This document shows, one piece after another, positions 10,741 to 24,110 of a stretch of 64,000 nucleotides of DNA (within the stretch, counting starts at the first letter, position 1; each line of letters begins with the position of its first letter). The translations under genes and the position numbers were made by a program. The stretch comes from Lama glama. Taxonomy: Eukaryota. The stretch lies in the NCBI GenBank assembly GCA_028534125.1, contig CM052832.1:10790001-10854000 (forward strand), read 5' to 3'. The notes beneath the pieces are model-generated. The model was not told the origin of the DNA. It saw only the letters and a list, made by a program, of their open reading frames with translations, and ran no database searches.

Positions 10741-13200
10741 GCCCAGGGCAGTGGGCATCCTGCCTCCCACCCTGCCGGGGTGGAAGAAGGGGAAAGCATC
10801 TTCACCGGCAAGTCTTTGTGAAGTCTCCATGGTGATGTTTACATCCAGGGACAGTTTTGTCTCCCTGTCAACGGCCTCCCCCTCCCCCTCCCCCGCCACA
10901 CCACCCACACCACCTTCCCAGGCCCGTCCCCCACCACCCATCGGGGTGTGCTCAGGGAAAGCGGACTCCATCGCTCAAATGTCGGACTGAGCCCTGAGTG
11001 TTTGGAAAGGCGGAACTCCTGCCTTTCTAATCACAAATGTAGCCTATGAGCAAGTGGCTTTGGATTGCTGATGGGTCCAGTGTTGTTTTTATTTCTTAGT
11101 TTGTTTCTTCTACTTCCCAGACTCCTCTTCTGTCACGTAGATAATGGAGAGTTTACACAAGAAAGTAGGCTCCCAGCAGCCCTGGTAGTGGGCCATCATT
11201 GCCAACTGAGAAGAGTAGGGAATGATTTGGGTTCCACATTTGTTTAGGGGAAGACTGGAGTCCCCCATGCAGACTCCTCATTATTCCCAATATTCTCCAC
11301 ACTTGGGAGGGGTGAGTGACCTCCCCCATACCTGACCCAGCTTCCTTTGCTTCTCAAACATGATGCCCCACACCTCACATCAGCTCAAACCGGAAGGGGA
11401 ACTTCCAGGACTCCTATGTGTGGGAGAGGGGGAAGAGCTTTATGAGACATAAGGGCATAAGGGATGTAAACTTTTGGAGTTGCTTTGGAATTTTTGTCTC
11501 TTGTTGGGGAAGCTGAGTCAGGAAGTCCCCATGAATGTGTAGGGGACCAAGTGGGTTTCTCTTAAGGAAAGTTGGATTGGGGGAAGGTGGGGCAGAAGGA
11601 GCCCCAGTCACAGAGTCCAAAGCTCTGAGTTTGGGTTCCAGACCCACCACTGAATAACCAGCTGAAGACAGTGGGCAAGACCCTAATTCATAAAATACTG
11701 AGATCGTACCAGGTCTCCAACTCCCTCCCCGCTCAAAGGACTAAGGAACTCTTTGTGACTAAATGAACTGTAGGGTTTTGAAACCTGAAGAGGTGCTTGT
11801 GATCGTCTCATCCTTAACCCTCTCTCCTCTTCCCCACAGAGTCTAAGGGACTTGCCCAAAGTCACACAGTGAGTTAGCAACCATGTGAGGGCAGGGACCA
11901 AGGCCGCTTACCTCCTGGTGGTGGTGTGTGAAATCCGTTACCCTGTCTTCACCATAGCTAGGGCGTTTCTGTGCCCAGAGTCTGTCCCTTGTTTGTTCCT
12001 GAAGAAGGTGTGGGACACAGGGACATGGAGGATGCCTTCCATGGATGCCATTTATGAGGAGGATGCGTCATGGAAATGACAGGATGGTGATGGGGGAGGG
12101 GGGCACGGGCTCCTTTCCATCTGGGGATTAACACTCATGTCCCAGACAGTGGAGAGGGGGCAGAGGAGACGTGACTGGGGAGAAGGACTTCCCCCTGCAG
12201 CTCTGTCTCTCCTGGTCTCCGTCTGTTCCAGGTCTCTCCTCACTACCAACATACTACCTCTCCCTCGGTCTCCCCACCTCATTCTTTCCTCTCCTGAGTC
12301 TCCCCTATAGATCCCTAGCCTCTCTCTCTGGTTCTTCTCCCTCCTTCCACTTGCCAACCACACAGCCTACAAAGTGCATAGGTGAGTCCATTTCAGGCTG
12401 AAACATTCTGATGGGCTCAGGCTTGGAGCTGAGCTGGTGGCCCCCCTACCCCACCCAGCACACACAGGGAGAGGCAGGGAGTCTATGCAGGATTGCCTTC
12501 TGGCTCCAGCCCAGGAGCCTCCAAATCCCATCACTTCGTCCTTCCTCCCATCCTCCTCTCTCTCCTCACCTTCCCTCCTCTCCAGTCTTCATTCTTCTTC
12601 TTCCAGTGCCTCCCTGTCTTCCCCAGTCCTTTTCTGGTCCTGACCTGGCCATTAACATTCCGGTCCAGTCTCTTCCTGAGACCACAGGCTGACTTTCCAG
12701 GCCAGCCCCAGGACCGCAGCACAAGCCGTCCGCAGTCCCGGTGGTGCCCTCAGCCTTAGGTGACTTGAAAGGAAATCTCTACTCCTCCCCCTTTCCCTGC
12801 TCCTTTTTCCTCCTCTCCTTTTTCCTGCTGCATCTTTCTCACTCAACCTTTCTAAATGTAGCCATTGAGGAAGTGACCCCAAATACCACCTCACTTTTTG
12901 CCTTTGGGTTCAAACACTCAGAGGGAATGAGGTGGACGCCGGAAGGGGAGGAACCAGCTGTCCTCGTCAGTGGCTCCGAGCTCTGTCGTGACATGATATG
13001 TACTTGCGCTTGTGTTTGTCAGGTTTCTGACTTGGAATTTTGGAAAGCGACATCCCTGTGGGCAGAGTACAAATGCCAATCTTCTCCTTTGCTTAAAAGA
13101 AAATGTACAGTAAAATGTACAATTTTAAAAACAGCAACCAACCACACTTCTTGGGGGAGAGAAAAAAAAGAACATTCCTGTGTCTGTGAATGTCTGCTGT
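10741..13200 (+). other. LRFN2: LRFN2 3' UTR (extent uncertain; may be an extended isoform)
   Basis: Follows the stop codon and is mostly unique sequence. I saw no AATAAA/ATTAAA before 13701. Variant AGTAAA at 13109-13114 is flanked by TGTA motifs with GT-rich sequence downstream. Confidence 0.45.
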
Positions 13201-13683
13201 TTATTTCTCTGGAAACACTGTGGTTTTCTGAAGGTGGCTGTGAGGTAGCCTTTTCCTGTACACCTGTGTTTGGTTTGGTACAGCCTGGTGAAAACCTGCT
13301 TCCTGCCAAGTTCATGTGCAAGATGGGAGCCTTCTGAGATAAGAGGGAGTGGGGCCACCCTCGGAGAAAAGGTCAGTAGAGGGTCTGGAATGAAGCTCCA
13401 GGCTAAGAAGGGATAGTCCGTCCCCAGCTGCCATCTGATACTCCCTCCTCTCCCCTTCCAGCCCTGCTTCCTTTTTCCTGGACGATGGTCACCGCCACAC
13501 TTAGCCACTAGGGGCATCCAAGCACCTTCCACCCATTTTGGTTGAGCTCAAGATGGCATTTTTTTCAAAAGGGTCTTTTACTGGGGAACCTGGACCACAA
13601 ACCAAAGCACAAACCCATGGTAGAGAAACAAATGAGCTTCTGGAACACAGCTTCTCAACCCTATCTTCCTCTAATGTCTCGAT

Positions 13684-13986
13684 CAGAACTGTCCAAGAGG
13701 AATAAAGTGTGAGTCACACTGTAATTTTAAATTTTCTAGTAGCCTATTAAAGCAAGTATAAAGAAACAGATGAAATTAATTCAATAGTATATTTTATTTA
13801 ACCCAACAAATCAAAAATATTTTCATTTCAATGTATAACCACTATGAAATACTCATAAGACATTGTACCTTTTTTTCGTACAAAGTTTGGAAAGCTGATG
13901 TTCTGTCAAACTCAGTTCAGATGAGCCGCCTTTAAAATGCTTGAGAACCACCTGGTGTCAGTGCGGCTCCGCACACACAACCACAG
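13684..13986 (+). mobile_element. MER33 (hAT-Charlie)
   Basis: 'cagaactgtccaa...gtaattttaaattttctagtagcc...gaaacagatgaaattaatt...tattttatttaacccaa'. Confidence 0.85.
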
Positions 13987-14019
13987 ACTTGCAAGCACAG
14001 CTTTTGGAAGGGGAAGGAA

Positions 14020-14200
14020 GCTAACAGTTACTGAGCACCTGCCATTCCGGTCCATGCATTTCTCACTGAATCCTCACTGCAGCCTCTCGAGGTAAATATT
14101 ATTATTTTTCATTTTACAAAAGAAGGGGCTGAGGCTCAGAGGGGTTAAGAAACTGTTCAAGGTCACACAGTAAGCCTGGCTGCAAAGCCTTAGCTCTTCC
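14020..14200 (-). mobile_element. MIR SINE
   Basis: 'cattttacaaaagaaggggctgaggctcagaggggttaag...aaggtcacacag'. Confidence 0.85.
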
Positions 14201-16664
14201 CGTGACGTCACACTGCCTCCCCTATCCTTTCTTCCTCCTTTCAACTCATTCGTTACAGATTATATTTTATACTGACAAAAGTACTCAAATTTGTAGCTTG
14301 ATCTGGAAGACCTTGGTTTGGCCTCAAGGCCTGCTAAAATTTTCAGAGTGTTGATTCCAGGCACTTAGTTAAGTGGTTTCTTCTGACCTCACATTAGCCT
14401 TTCTGGCCCTTCTTGGCTTCCCCCACCCTGGCCAGGAAAATTCCCGCAAGCTTCGGAGGGTCCTGCCCAGACCACTCCTGTGATCGTCCCTTCTCCTGGC
14501 TTGGTGGCCTCTAGGGGGTCCCTTGTTTAATTGCTTTCTACCTCCAGCCTCATCTGGTCCCCTCTGCCCTGAAAGTCTGTAACTTTGTCCCCTTAAGACA
14601 GAAAACCTCACAGCAGCTCACTCCAGTGACCAAACCCATCTTCCCACCTTCTCCTATCAGGATAGGTTCTTGCCCATTTGGATGCTCTTTCCTGATAGAA
14701 GCCTTTAGCTCTCTGACTCTTACAGAAGAGAGGTGGCTGATGCACTCTGAGCCTGGCTGAATTATTAAGCTTTCTGGCAAGAGTTCAACCCCCTCTCCCC
14801 AAATTCTTGATAATGACATGTCCCTCAGAGTCCCCTCAAAAGAGATTTTTCATTTTGCCATGATTAGTGTTGAAATCCCAAGAGAACTTAGAGTCACTTT
14901 TTTTTTTTAAAGGGCTATCATTTCTAATCAGGTAAGAGAAAGGTCACTGGCTCAAATGTCCCCCTTCCCAAATGGGTAGTAGCTTTGCTCCCAGAGTCTG
15001 TGGATATCGATTTTTTCCTAAGTACCATCTGAGTACTTCTGTGTCTTCTGTTTTCTGTTCTCAGTGTGTCTTCGGTAAAGGTCTCAGGGTTTCAGCAAAC
15101 TGGGTGGGGCTTCTTCTGTTCTTAGAGCCGTGGGGGTTTCTGCAAACTGCTGCCGGTAAAATAGACACACTTACTTAGAGGAAAAGACTGTCGGCAGGCA
15201 GCCGTCAAAACCTGAACACACAGTTTTCAATATCACACCTAGATTTCCAAACCCAGCAACGTTCCATGCAATGCAGTTGACAGCAGGAAAGGTATGTTGT
15301 GACAAGAAGGCGTCTCATAGGTAAACACCTGAGGGTTCTACCTTTGCGTAATAGAATCAGACCCATCCACGTTGCTCTCCAAACATCTCAAAGGAACATT
15401 GCCCCATTCTCAGTTTAAAAATATCTATTTGTGCTTTCAGCCTTTAAACCAAAGATCTTAGTTCCTCACCTTCTGTAATCTCATTTCAAGTTCCCCAACT
15501 CACAGCCAGTGAATGTTTACAAGGCTCATAGGTTTCCCTTCCTTGCAGTCTCTAACGGAGGGAAATTGATGTGCTTCCCAACAGACCAAAGAGGGGAGCT
15601 GACACCTCTCCAGCTATCCTGTGATCCCCATCGCAGCTATTTGGCCTCTTCTGACAGGTGCAACGATCTTGCCCCATGTCCTCATCTGGGACACGTTTGG
15701 CATCTTTCTTCTGCTTCCTGACCCTGGGGAAATGGGCACAGACTGCAGGCTCTTGCCTGGTTATTTTCCTGTTCTTGTTAGGATAACTGATCTTCTGGTC
15801 CCTGTAGCCAACAATCGCATGTATTCCTAGTGAATCGGAGGCAGCTTTCTCTCCACCATGTGCTGGAGTCTCTCCAGGGCCGCGGCAAAAAGCTCTCATG
15901 GTCTCCTCCCTTTCTGAGATGTCAGTGCATCCTGCAGCTACCCACTTTGTTCCTTACTGATGAGGGGGTGAATCTGGAATTCCATCCATATCCAGAGGAT
16001 CCCCAAACTCATCTGGTCCACCGCCAGTCAGCCTACTGACCAGCCCCCCACAGCCCTGGGCCCCTCCGCCCAGACTGCTCATCTGGCTCGGGGATGCTGA
16101 GCACACCACCTCTCTCTCTGCTACCTCCTCTGGAACATGTGTTCATCAGTGCTCCCTGGCACAGCCAGCAGCAACTCTAGCTAGCATCTGTATACTTTGG
16201 AACGGTGAGTTTTCTTTCCTTTGAATCCCCAATGCTATATTCAAGATGTCCCCTCTTCCCCAAACCGCAGTTAACTCTGTTAGCTTAACTTTCCTGAGAC
16301 TGTTCGCACTTTCTCATGACAAAAAAAACTCAGAGCCCCATACCTGTCCCCTCCATTACTGACTTGGAATGTCCTGGTAACAAGCAAGTATCTTGCTCAC
16401 CATTTGAGACCAAATATACAAAGAAGAGATTTAAGTCCTCAGTTACACCCAGTAATCTTGACTGCTCCCCTCCTGGGGTCTCTGTTGTATTCTTCCCACA
16501 CATTCCTTCGGGGATCTCTGAAGGATACAATTCTGCCTGTCTACCCAGGATGGGCTGGTTGCCTAACCTACCTGGACTAATTATGAGAAAGTTCTTATCC
16601 CTTCATTAGGCTCACACAAAGTTGGCATTTTCCAAGTGGATGATGAGCTGTAAAATTAAATTGA

Positions 16665-16860
16665 TAACAGCTGACATTCATTGAGTTTCCTATGTGCCAC
16701 AGAAGCACTGTTCTCAGAGCTTGCTATAGATAGTCTCAATTTATCATCAGAAGAATTCAATGAAGTGGGTATTATTACTATCCCCACCAGGGAAGCTAAG
16801 GTAGAGAGGGGTTAAATAACTTGCCCAAGGTCATACAGCTACTGAGCGGCAAAGCTGGGT
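16665..16860 (-). mobile_element. MIR SINE
   Basis: 'gaggggttaaataacttgcccaaggtcatacagcta'. Confidence 0.85.
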
Positions 16861-19800
16861 AAAACACCCAATAAATAAATTGATTTACATTAAAGTTACT
16901 TAAGAACTGCAGAGGTCATTAGAAATGCAGAGCTTTCTGGGTTTCATGTCAAAGGCCTGAATCCTGGCATGTGGACCCTGATTTTGAGAAAACAGAGTCC
17001 AGCAGAAAAAGTGAGAGAGGTGAAGAAATTGGTGCTGCTTGCAATTTAGCACGCATTGCTGACCTACTGTGTGCCCTGCACTGTGCCTGGTACTGAGAGA
17101 AACCTAACTAAGAGTGAAGGACACTGGGTGTGCTCTGGAGGCCATTTACACACTTCCCTGAGGGGCAGGGACACAGGCTGGTTTCTAGATCTCTGGATTT
17201 ACAAAGATGGCCTGTTTTCACTCATTTTAAGGTAACTTATAGCTCTGGGGAACCCACCATTTAGGAGGAGGCGGATGGATGAATAGATTGGCCACAAGCC
17301 CAAGGTGGCACCTCTAGTTGGAGGAATTCACTAGATTTTAGGTTCCATAGGGACCGGCATGGCAAAGTGACTGGCTTTGGGTCCAACGGGCCCAGTCAGG
17401 ACTGGAATCCCGTACTGGACAAGCAGGGGCAGAAGGAGGCAACTCCAGCTGTTCCAGGAGCTTCTGAGGTGGGTGAGATGGGGGATGAGACCCCAAAGCA
17501 GGCCTGGAAGAGGGCAGGAAGGGCAATTGCAAAGAACTGGAGGGTCCTGAGTAGCCCAAGGCAGGAGCAGTTGCTCCTGGGGAGGGGCCATTGGTGGAAG
17601 GAGCTGGATTCAGAGTCTGTCTCTCGGCCTCAGTGTCCTTTCCTGTAGAGGATCAATGGTAAGTATAGACTTTGGTAAGCATGCCTGAGGAGCACCATTT
17701 AGTTACACAGATCACACATCAGATTGGAAAAGGCAGAATGATAACAGTCATTTTTATTAATGATATGCATCATTGAAAACATTATTATAAATTACAGCAT
17801 ATTAGTGATAATATTAGGTATCTCAGGTGCATAGAATCTCAGGACTCACAAAGCTATTAGAGGTCATTCACTCCAGCCTCCCTCGATGGGTATTAGAATC
17901 TCCTGTTCAATACCCATGAAAACTGTTATTAATCTTATTACAGGCAAGAGTGTGCATGATGAATTTCAGAATTCACCCCAGGCAGAGAGTGGCTCCCTGT
18001 ATTCCAGGCAGACCAATGCCTGATGGTTACAGCTCCAGATTCCTGGAGGGCCCCAGGCAGAACCATCATTCCTCCCTTCATGAGAAATCCAGAGCCCAGA
18101 CAGAAAGCTCTCAGAGACTGATACGCACAAACAGTGCTAGGAAACTAGCTATACAGCCAGGGCCCTGGATGGGAAAACCTCAGGGGTGGGAGTGCTGTTC
18201 CCTTTCTGAATCACCCCTGGTCTTCACAATGCCAAGAGAAGGAAGGAGGCAGAAGAGGGGCGGAAAGCACATGGGAGCTTCTGCAGCCCCTGATGCTCCT
18301 TTATGTTCTGAGCCCCACAGCAGCTAGCAGGACCCAAAAGATCTTACTCCAGATTCCCCAGTCCCTGCTCCCCCTTCACTCTTGTCCCCAGTGTGGCATA
18401 ATGGCCAAAATTTAACAACCAGAGCTCTGGAACGACACCAATGCTGAAACTAAAAACCTCCCATTGGCTTTTCTTTATTCCTGTGGGTTAACAGACTTCT
18501 TCCCTTCTAGGGTTTTAAATACTCATGGGAAGACTCTACCTTCCAGATAAATCACCCAGGGAGAGGCAGGCTGTGCAGAGGATGTAGAGGGACACAGAGT
18601 GGGCTTGAGTCAGGCAGTGAGCACTTTCCAAGGGTGGTGGGATGAGCCCGGCAGCCCCCTGACCAGTGCTCTCTACGTCCCCTTAGCATCCCGGTCTCCT
18701 CCAGCTCAAACAACTTCCAGCTGCTTGAGGTGGGAAGATAAAAACAGGCTCCCAGTTTGGTCTTTACTTCTGAATCATCACATTAGTCCCAACTTCAAGA
18801 AAGAATGTTAAGAGAAATATTTCAGTCCATCTGGAGGTCAGAGGGGTTTGGCTGGAGTGTGCATAGATGGATAGGCCCCTCGGGTAGAGTTTATAGTTCA
18901 CATGCTTCAAGGGGAGCAGCAGGACACGTTGCTGGGGACAGGTGACCCGTGCACATGAAGAGCTCCGTTTCCTTGTTGACAGTAAGTGGGGATGACTGTG
19001 GGTCACCCCAGAGGTCTGGGAGGAGGTGGGGAGGACCGTGACAGCAAACAAGTAAAGGGGCCCAATTCTCCCTAGATCTTTACACGTTTAAGTGTTCTGA
19101 TGAGATCCTACCTTCTGAGGAATCCTGCAAACAGCTTTACGTTCATTCAGCCCTGACCTGTTAGGGAAGCAGAGGCTGTGACTTTTCTTGAGACTTTTCT
19201 CTTGAGCTCTATAGCCTTCTATCCTCTCTGAGGTTTATGGAGAGTAGGGGTCAGTTCCAGGCATAAGGAAACAGCATCCTCTTGCCTGAGCCCCCCAGCA
19301 CCTTTGGTTTGGGTAGAAAACAAGGTGGAGGGAGCCCAGGCAAGGGGATCTGATTCCAGGGGTGGTCAGCCAAGGTTCCTTCCCTGTTTCCAGCCTTGTC
19401 TGCAGAATGGTGGTGGATGCAACATAACTGGAGACATTTGAGGTACAAAGTTAGCAGTGGAGTTAGAGAAACTGCAAAACATCTCACTATTACAAATAAA
19501 TTCTTTCATGTGGATGATCATTCCTTCCATTCCTCACTTAAGATCTCCAATTTATACATTTATTGCTTTCCCCATTTTATAGATTTCCCAGACTGATGAT
19601 GAAAGTTGTCTGTTTTTTGCTAAGTTCTTATAGAGCTTATGAAGCAGAAGTGGGTCTCAAACTTTAAATCTTCTGACCCCACAACTGGGGGTTCCTTCAC
19701 CCCACAACCCCAGCAGTCAGCCATCACAATGAGGTTTGGATGCCACAACAGGAAAGAAGGCAGCCAGAGGCAGGAAAGGCCAGAGCCACACCAGCAGGTC

Positions 19801-20749
19801 TTGAAGAGGTGGACAAAGGCTTTGGAGCCTGGAGGGTAGAGAAATGGGGTGGAGAAGGGCAGCTCTGCCAGGAATTCCCTGTGGACTGGAGGCTCTCTCA
19901 GCCCTCTGGGGCCAGTCCAGCTCGGACAGACATCAGAAACCATCATCCCCTGAGAGCTAAGCAAGAAAGAAGGTGAGAGGGGTACCGGCAAGGATGAGTA
20001 AGGAAGGGGCGAGGGGCAGAATCAGAGGAGCAGCTGCGAGGACACAGCTGTGCAGGTCCAAGGTGTGCATCCAGCTCACCCACTGTCCACATCTAGAAGA
20101 GGGGAAGGAGCAGAGGACTGGGGTGGAGCTGCACATGGAGTGTCCTCATCGGCCCTCTGTCTAGTGAAGCCAGGAGGCCAGCAGGACCCGCCCAGAGTTG
20201 TCGTTTTCAGGATTTGAGGGTTTGTGCTGTTTGCTTTGAGGCTCTGGTTAAAAACTAGTCTGGTAAAGACTCTTGATCCCATGTAGCAAGAGAAACATGT
20301 TGGAAAATCATGGCTATGTCTAAATCTTCATTTCGAGGTCTGGTGAAGGAAGAAAGAGCTGGCTTCTCCAGGAATGCTGGAGGCATTGGGGCACAGCTCC
20401 ACCATCAGATCCCCTTGTCTCAGGTCTCCACTAGGGGCTGGCTGGAGACTAAATGAGTGGAGAATGAGGAAAGGTGATGAGCCCCAAACCTTACAGATTT
20501 TTCCACGTGCACTGACCTGCCAGATCCTGTCTCTGGGAGGAGGGCTGTTGCACAGAAAGGTCTTTCAAAAGTTTTATGGAATTTGGGTTGGCTGTGAACC
20601 AGCTAGGGGAGGATGGACTCAGGACTCTCCCCTTTTGGCTGTAAGCACCATAAATAGGAAAACTCTTGACAGGATACAAGCAACTGTCCAAGCAGGAAAG
20701 AGCGGACTAGCGTTATTTACCAAACAGTATAAGCATCTCATATCTTTCA

Positions 20750-20880
20750 TGTGTTGTTCCTCATAATCCTCACCTATCCTGTTGATGCAGGGGTTAGATC
20801 ATCCATTTTCTCCCTGAGAAAACTGAGACCCAGAGACATGACTTGCTATGGGTCATATAATTAGGAGGAGGGCTGGGTAA
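20750..20880 (-). mobile_element. MIR SINE fragment
   Basis: 'ccattttctccctgagaaaactgagacccagaga...gacttgc'. Confidence 0.65.
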
Positions 20881-23579
20881 TCTGGTAACTGGAGTTGCCC
20901 CAAAACCTATGGAACAGCAAAGAACATTGGAATTTCAGCAAATTTTCCGGAAGGTATCATCACATGTGAGCAATGAGGGTTAAGAGTGAATATAACATTA
21001 AAAAGCAGAGGACATAGAGAAATGCACTGAGCAAACAGTGACTTCTCTGTGCCAGTCCCGGTGCCTCCTAAGAGTCCTTAAGCTTTATCCTAACAAAGTG
21101 AGCATTAAATAATCCCCAGATCCCTGGGGGGTTTTTGGTTTGTTTTTGCTTTCTGTAGTGTGAGGGTCCGAGAGAGGGGAGGAGTACTATAGCCACAAGT
21201 CAAGTGCACTGCGTACCCTCTCCCTCAAGGAAGTTGGGTCTTTTGCCCATTTCAGTATCCTCATCTGTAAAATGGCCACAGTGTCTCTCTACCGCCAAGG
21301 AGTACTGGGTTTGTTAATCACAGAGCTCTATATAGCTACAAATAACCCATCAGACTTGAGAAGTCACCAATTCATGATTAATGACATGGATCAATGACAA
21401 CATTGTTATAAATTGTAAGACATTAATGATTATTAAATGCATATCAGGCCCACAGCCTCAGAGCTGAGGAGATCAGAGGTCTCCAAATCAGCTCTCCACA
21501 CATCAATATCCCTTCCAGACAGTATTATTCTGATTAAAAATAATTCAATAGTTCAATTCATAAGTCCTCCAAGGAAGAGAACAGATGAAGAACACATGAA
21601 CCATGCCCTGTGCTTCAGTGAGCTCCAGGTTTGTACAGACTCCACCATTCCTGCTCCTCAGAAGACAATTTGCAGAATACTCTGTGGTCACCACTGGGGT
21701 AGAAAAACACAGAAGCAGGGCCCCACATGGGGGGTCTTAGGGATGTCTATTCTCTTGCCAAGTCAGCTCTGGTCTCCATGGCACACAGGGAAACAGGAAG
21801 GGGAGAGGGAACAGGGGCACCAGGCAACCTCTGAGGTCCCATTAAGTGGATGTTTCCTGTTCCAGGACTCTCACTCCCAATTGTGAGATTCAGGAAAGTT
21901 GCCCCCACTTCCCAGGGACACAGCATAAGCCAATGATGGGATAACCATACCCTCCCATTCCCACTCTAATGAGGACAACAACCCCCTCCCACCAGCCATT
22001 TGTTCCTGTACAATTCTTCCTTTATCCTCAATCAAGGATTAAAAGAACAAAGTTATAAAAATAGTAACTAATAAAATCCCAGGACCTCAATATGAATCAC
22101 TATTTACCAGCTCCTACATCCTTCCGCATAACCTAATGTTCTCGTGGATAAATTTGTTCCTTTAGTTCCTGCCTTATTACAATGCAAATACTCAGAAAAC
22201 TCTGCCAGGTGTCTAGTAAACCAGCTGGTGCCAGGTCCCTAGCCGAGACAGTGATGAGTTTTATTCAAAGTGGGGAGGTAGGAGGACCAGGAGCACTCCT
22301 TATAACAGCCTTCCCACCTGCCCTTCTTTGCCCATTTTCCTGTGGCACAAACACCATCCACCTGGTTTTGGTGGGGAGAATAAAAGGGATCCAACTTTAC
22401 CTGAGTCTTTACCCCTGATTCATCATGCCAATCACAAGCCCAGCAGCCAAGAAGGACATGAAGCTTTTATTAAGATTTTCCACTTGCCCTGTGGTCTGAG
22501 AGGCTTTATGGGTGCCTGGGTGACTGGCCAGGCCCCTTGAGCCCCCCAGGCCTCCCTCACTGAAAGGCAGATTCGAGGAACAAGATATTGCACAAAAGAG
22601 GGAGAATATACCCCTATGAAGAGCCAAGTTTCCATGTTGATGGTAAATGGGAAAGCCTTTGGGTCAGAGCAGAGCTCTGGGACAAAAAGGAAAAAGAAGA
22701 GTGATGAAGGGAAGGGCCCCAGCCCAACCCCCTCCATCAAGGGTCATGTGAACCTTGACCTTGGAAAGAACCCTAACTCTTGAAGGCTTGGTTTTCTTCT
22801 GCTGCCTGAAATTCAAATCTCATTCCTGAAGGTAGAGTACAGAATATCTGGAAGGGTAAGGGTGTGGGCAGTGCAGGGAACAAAAGTCCCAGGTCCTCCA
22901 AGCAGTTCCTTTACCAGATAGCTAATGCCACAGCAGAGGCAGGGAAGGAGGGAGCCCAGAGAAGGTCCATCGGAGTGGGGACTCCTGAAGGGTGCTTCCT
23001 AGTTCCTAGAAGATGGTGGTGTGGACAAAGGGCCTGACTCCATGCTTTTTGCTATGCCTTGACCGATGGACCCATCCTGTGGAAGTAAAAAGGAAATCAG
23101 GTGAAATTTAGTGCATAGAGAGGCTGGGTGGTGGGGAGTGGGAAGAACAAAGTTAACATTACAATAAGCAAGTCTTAGCACATCTGTTTTCAAGAGACAT
23201 TCCCGTAATCACTTCCATTCTCACCAAGACTCTGAATTAGCATTTTTATTTTGTCACTTCCCAGGTGAGAGGACATACTCATGACAGGGTTAGTGTATTT
23301 TCCACGATCACACAGAGCTTACACGGAAGTCCTTGGACTTGAGAATAAGATCCCTGGCCCCAAGTCTCTAGTTCACCAATCATAACAGGAAGGGAGGTGA
23401 GAAACGGAACCAAAAAGCCAGGAAAAATACCCTCAAACCCTGGGTAAGAGGCTGGCAGGGCGCACATTGTTGGTTTTGGGATGGGAGGGCAGCTCTGCCA
23501 GGCAGGTTGTTCTCCGAGTCCCAGGTTCCTTCCCGGCATTCAGGGGGCTCTCCTCCTTAGGATGAGAGAGTGGACTCCT

Positions 23580-24110
23580 GCGAGAGAGAAAACACAAAGG
23601 TACAGGGAGAACTGTGCGGGTGAGGCCCGAAGCAAGAGGGAAGGGGCTCGGGAGGGGCTTCGGGGCCCTATCAACCACCGCCCGTCTCCCGTCTCCTGGC
23701 TGGACAGGAGCGCCTGGCCCCGAGGAGGCCAGGGCAGTGGCCCTGAGAGACCCTCAGGCCGCAGTATCTGCAACCGACCTAGGGTGAGGGAAAGGGTGCC
23801 CAGTTCTTCACAGCCTGGGCCTCGAGGGTTTTCCTGCATCCTTACAGAAGTTCTGATCCTCCTAGACCGGGGACCCTCATTAGGCTGTTCCTTAACTAAG
23901 TCTGGGTCCGGCCACCTGGGAGAAAATAAGCAACTGTGCTCCGCGAAATTAACGGCTCCCAACTGCTTGGCCTCCAGCCGTTGGCCACGCCCACCACCCC
24001 ACCCTCCTGCCAGGCCTCCTCCAATCAGAGGCCCTCCTCCCTCCGCCCCGCCTTAACGGTGTGTATAGGGGAGGGGTAGGCGGGAGGTTCTGTGCGCTTT
24101 CCAGAACGGT
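23580..24110. promoter_or_regulatory. CpG-enriched TATA-less promoter-like element with MYB, NF-Y and Sp/KLF motifs
   Basis: About 26 CpG in about 530 bp (hand count). YAACKG at 23931, 23950, 23960, 23978 (minus strand) and 24054; CCAATCAG 24021-24028; GCCACGCCC near 23984-23992; CCGCCC 24043-24048. Confidence 0.7.

Noticed and set aside
9811..10971. Overlapping alternative-frame and antisense ORFs on the LRFN2 exon
   Set aside because: Expected shadows of GC-rich coding sequence; no recognisable protein.
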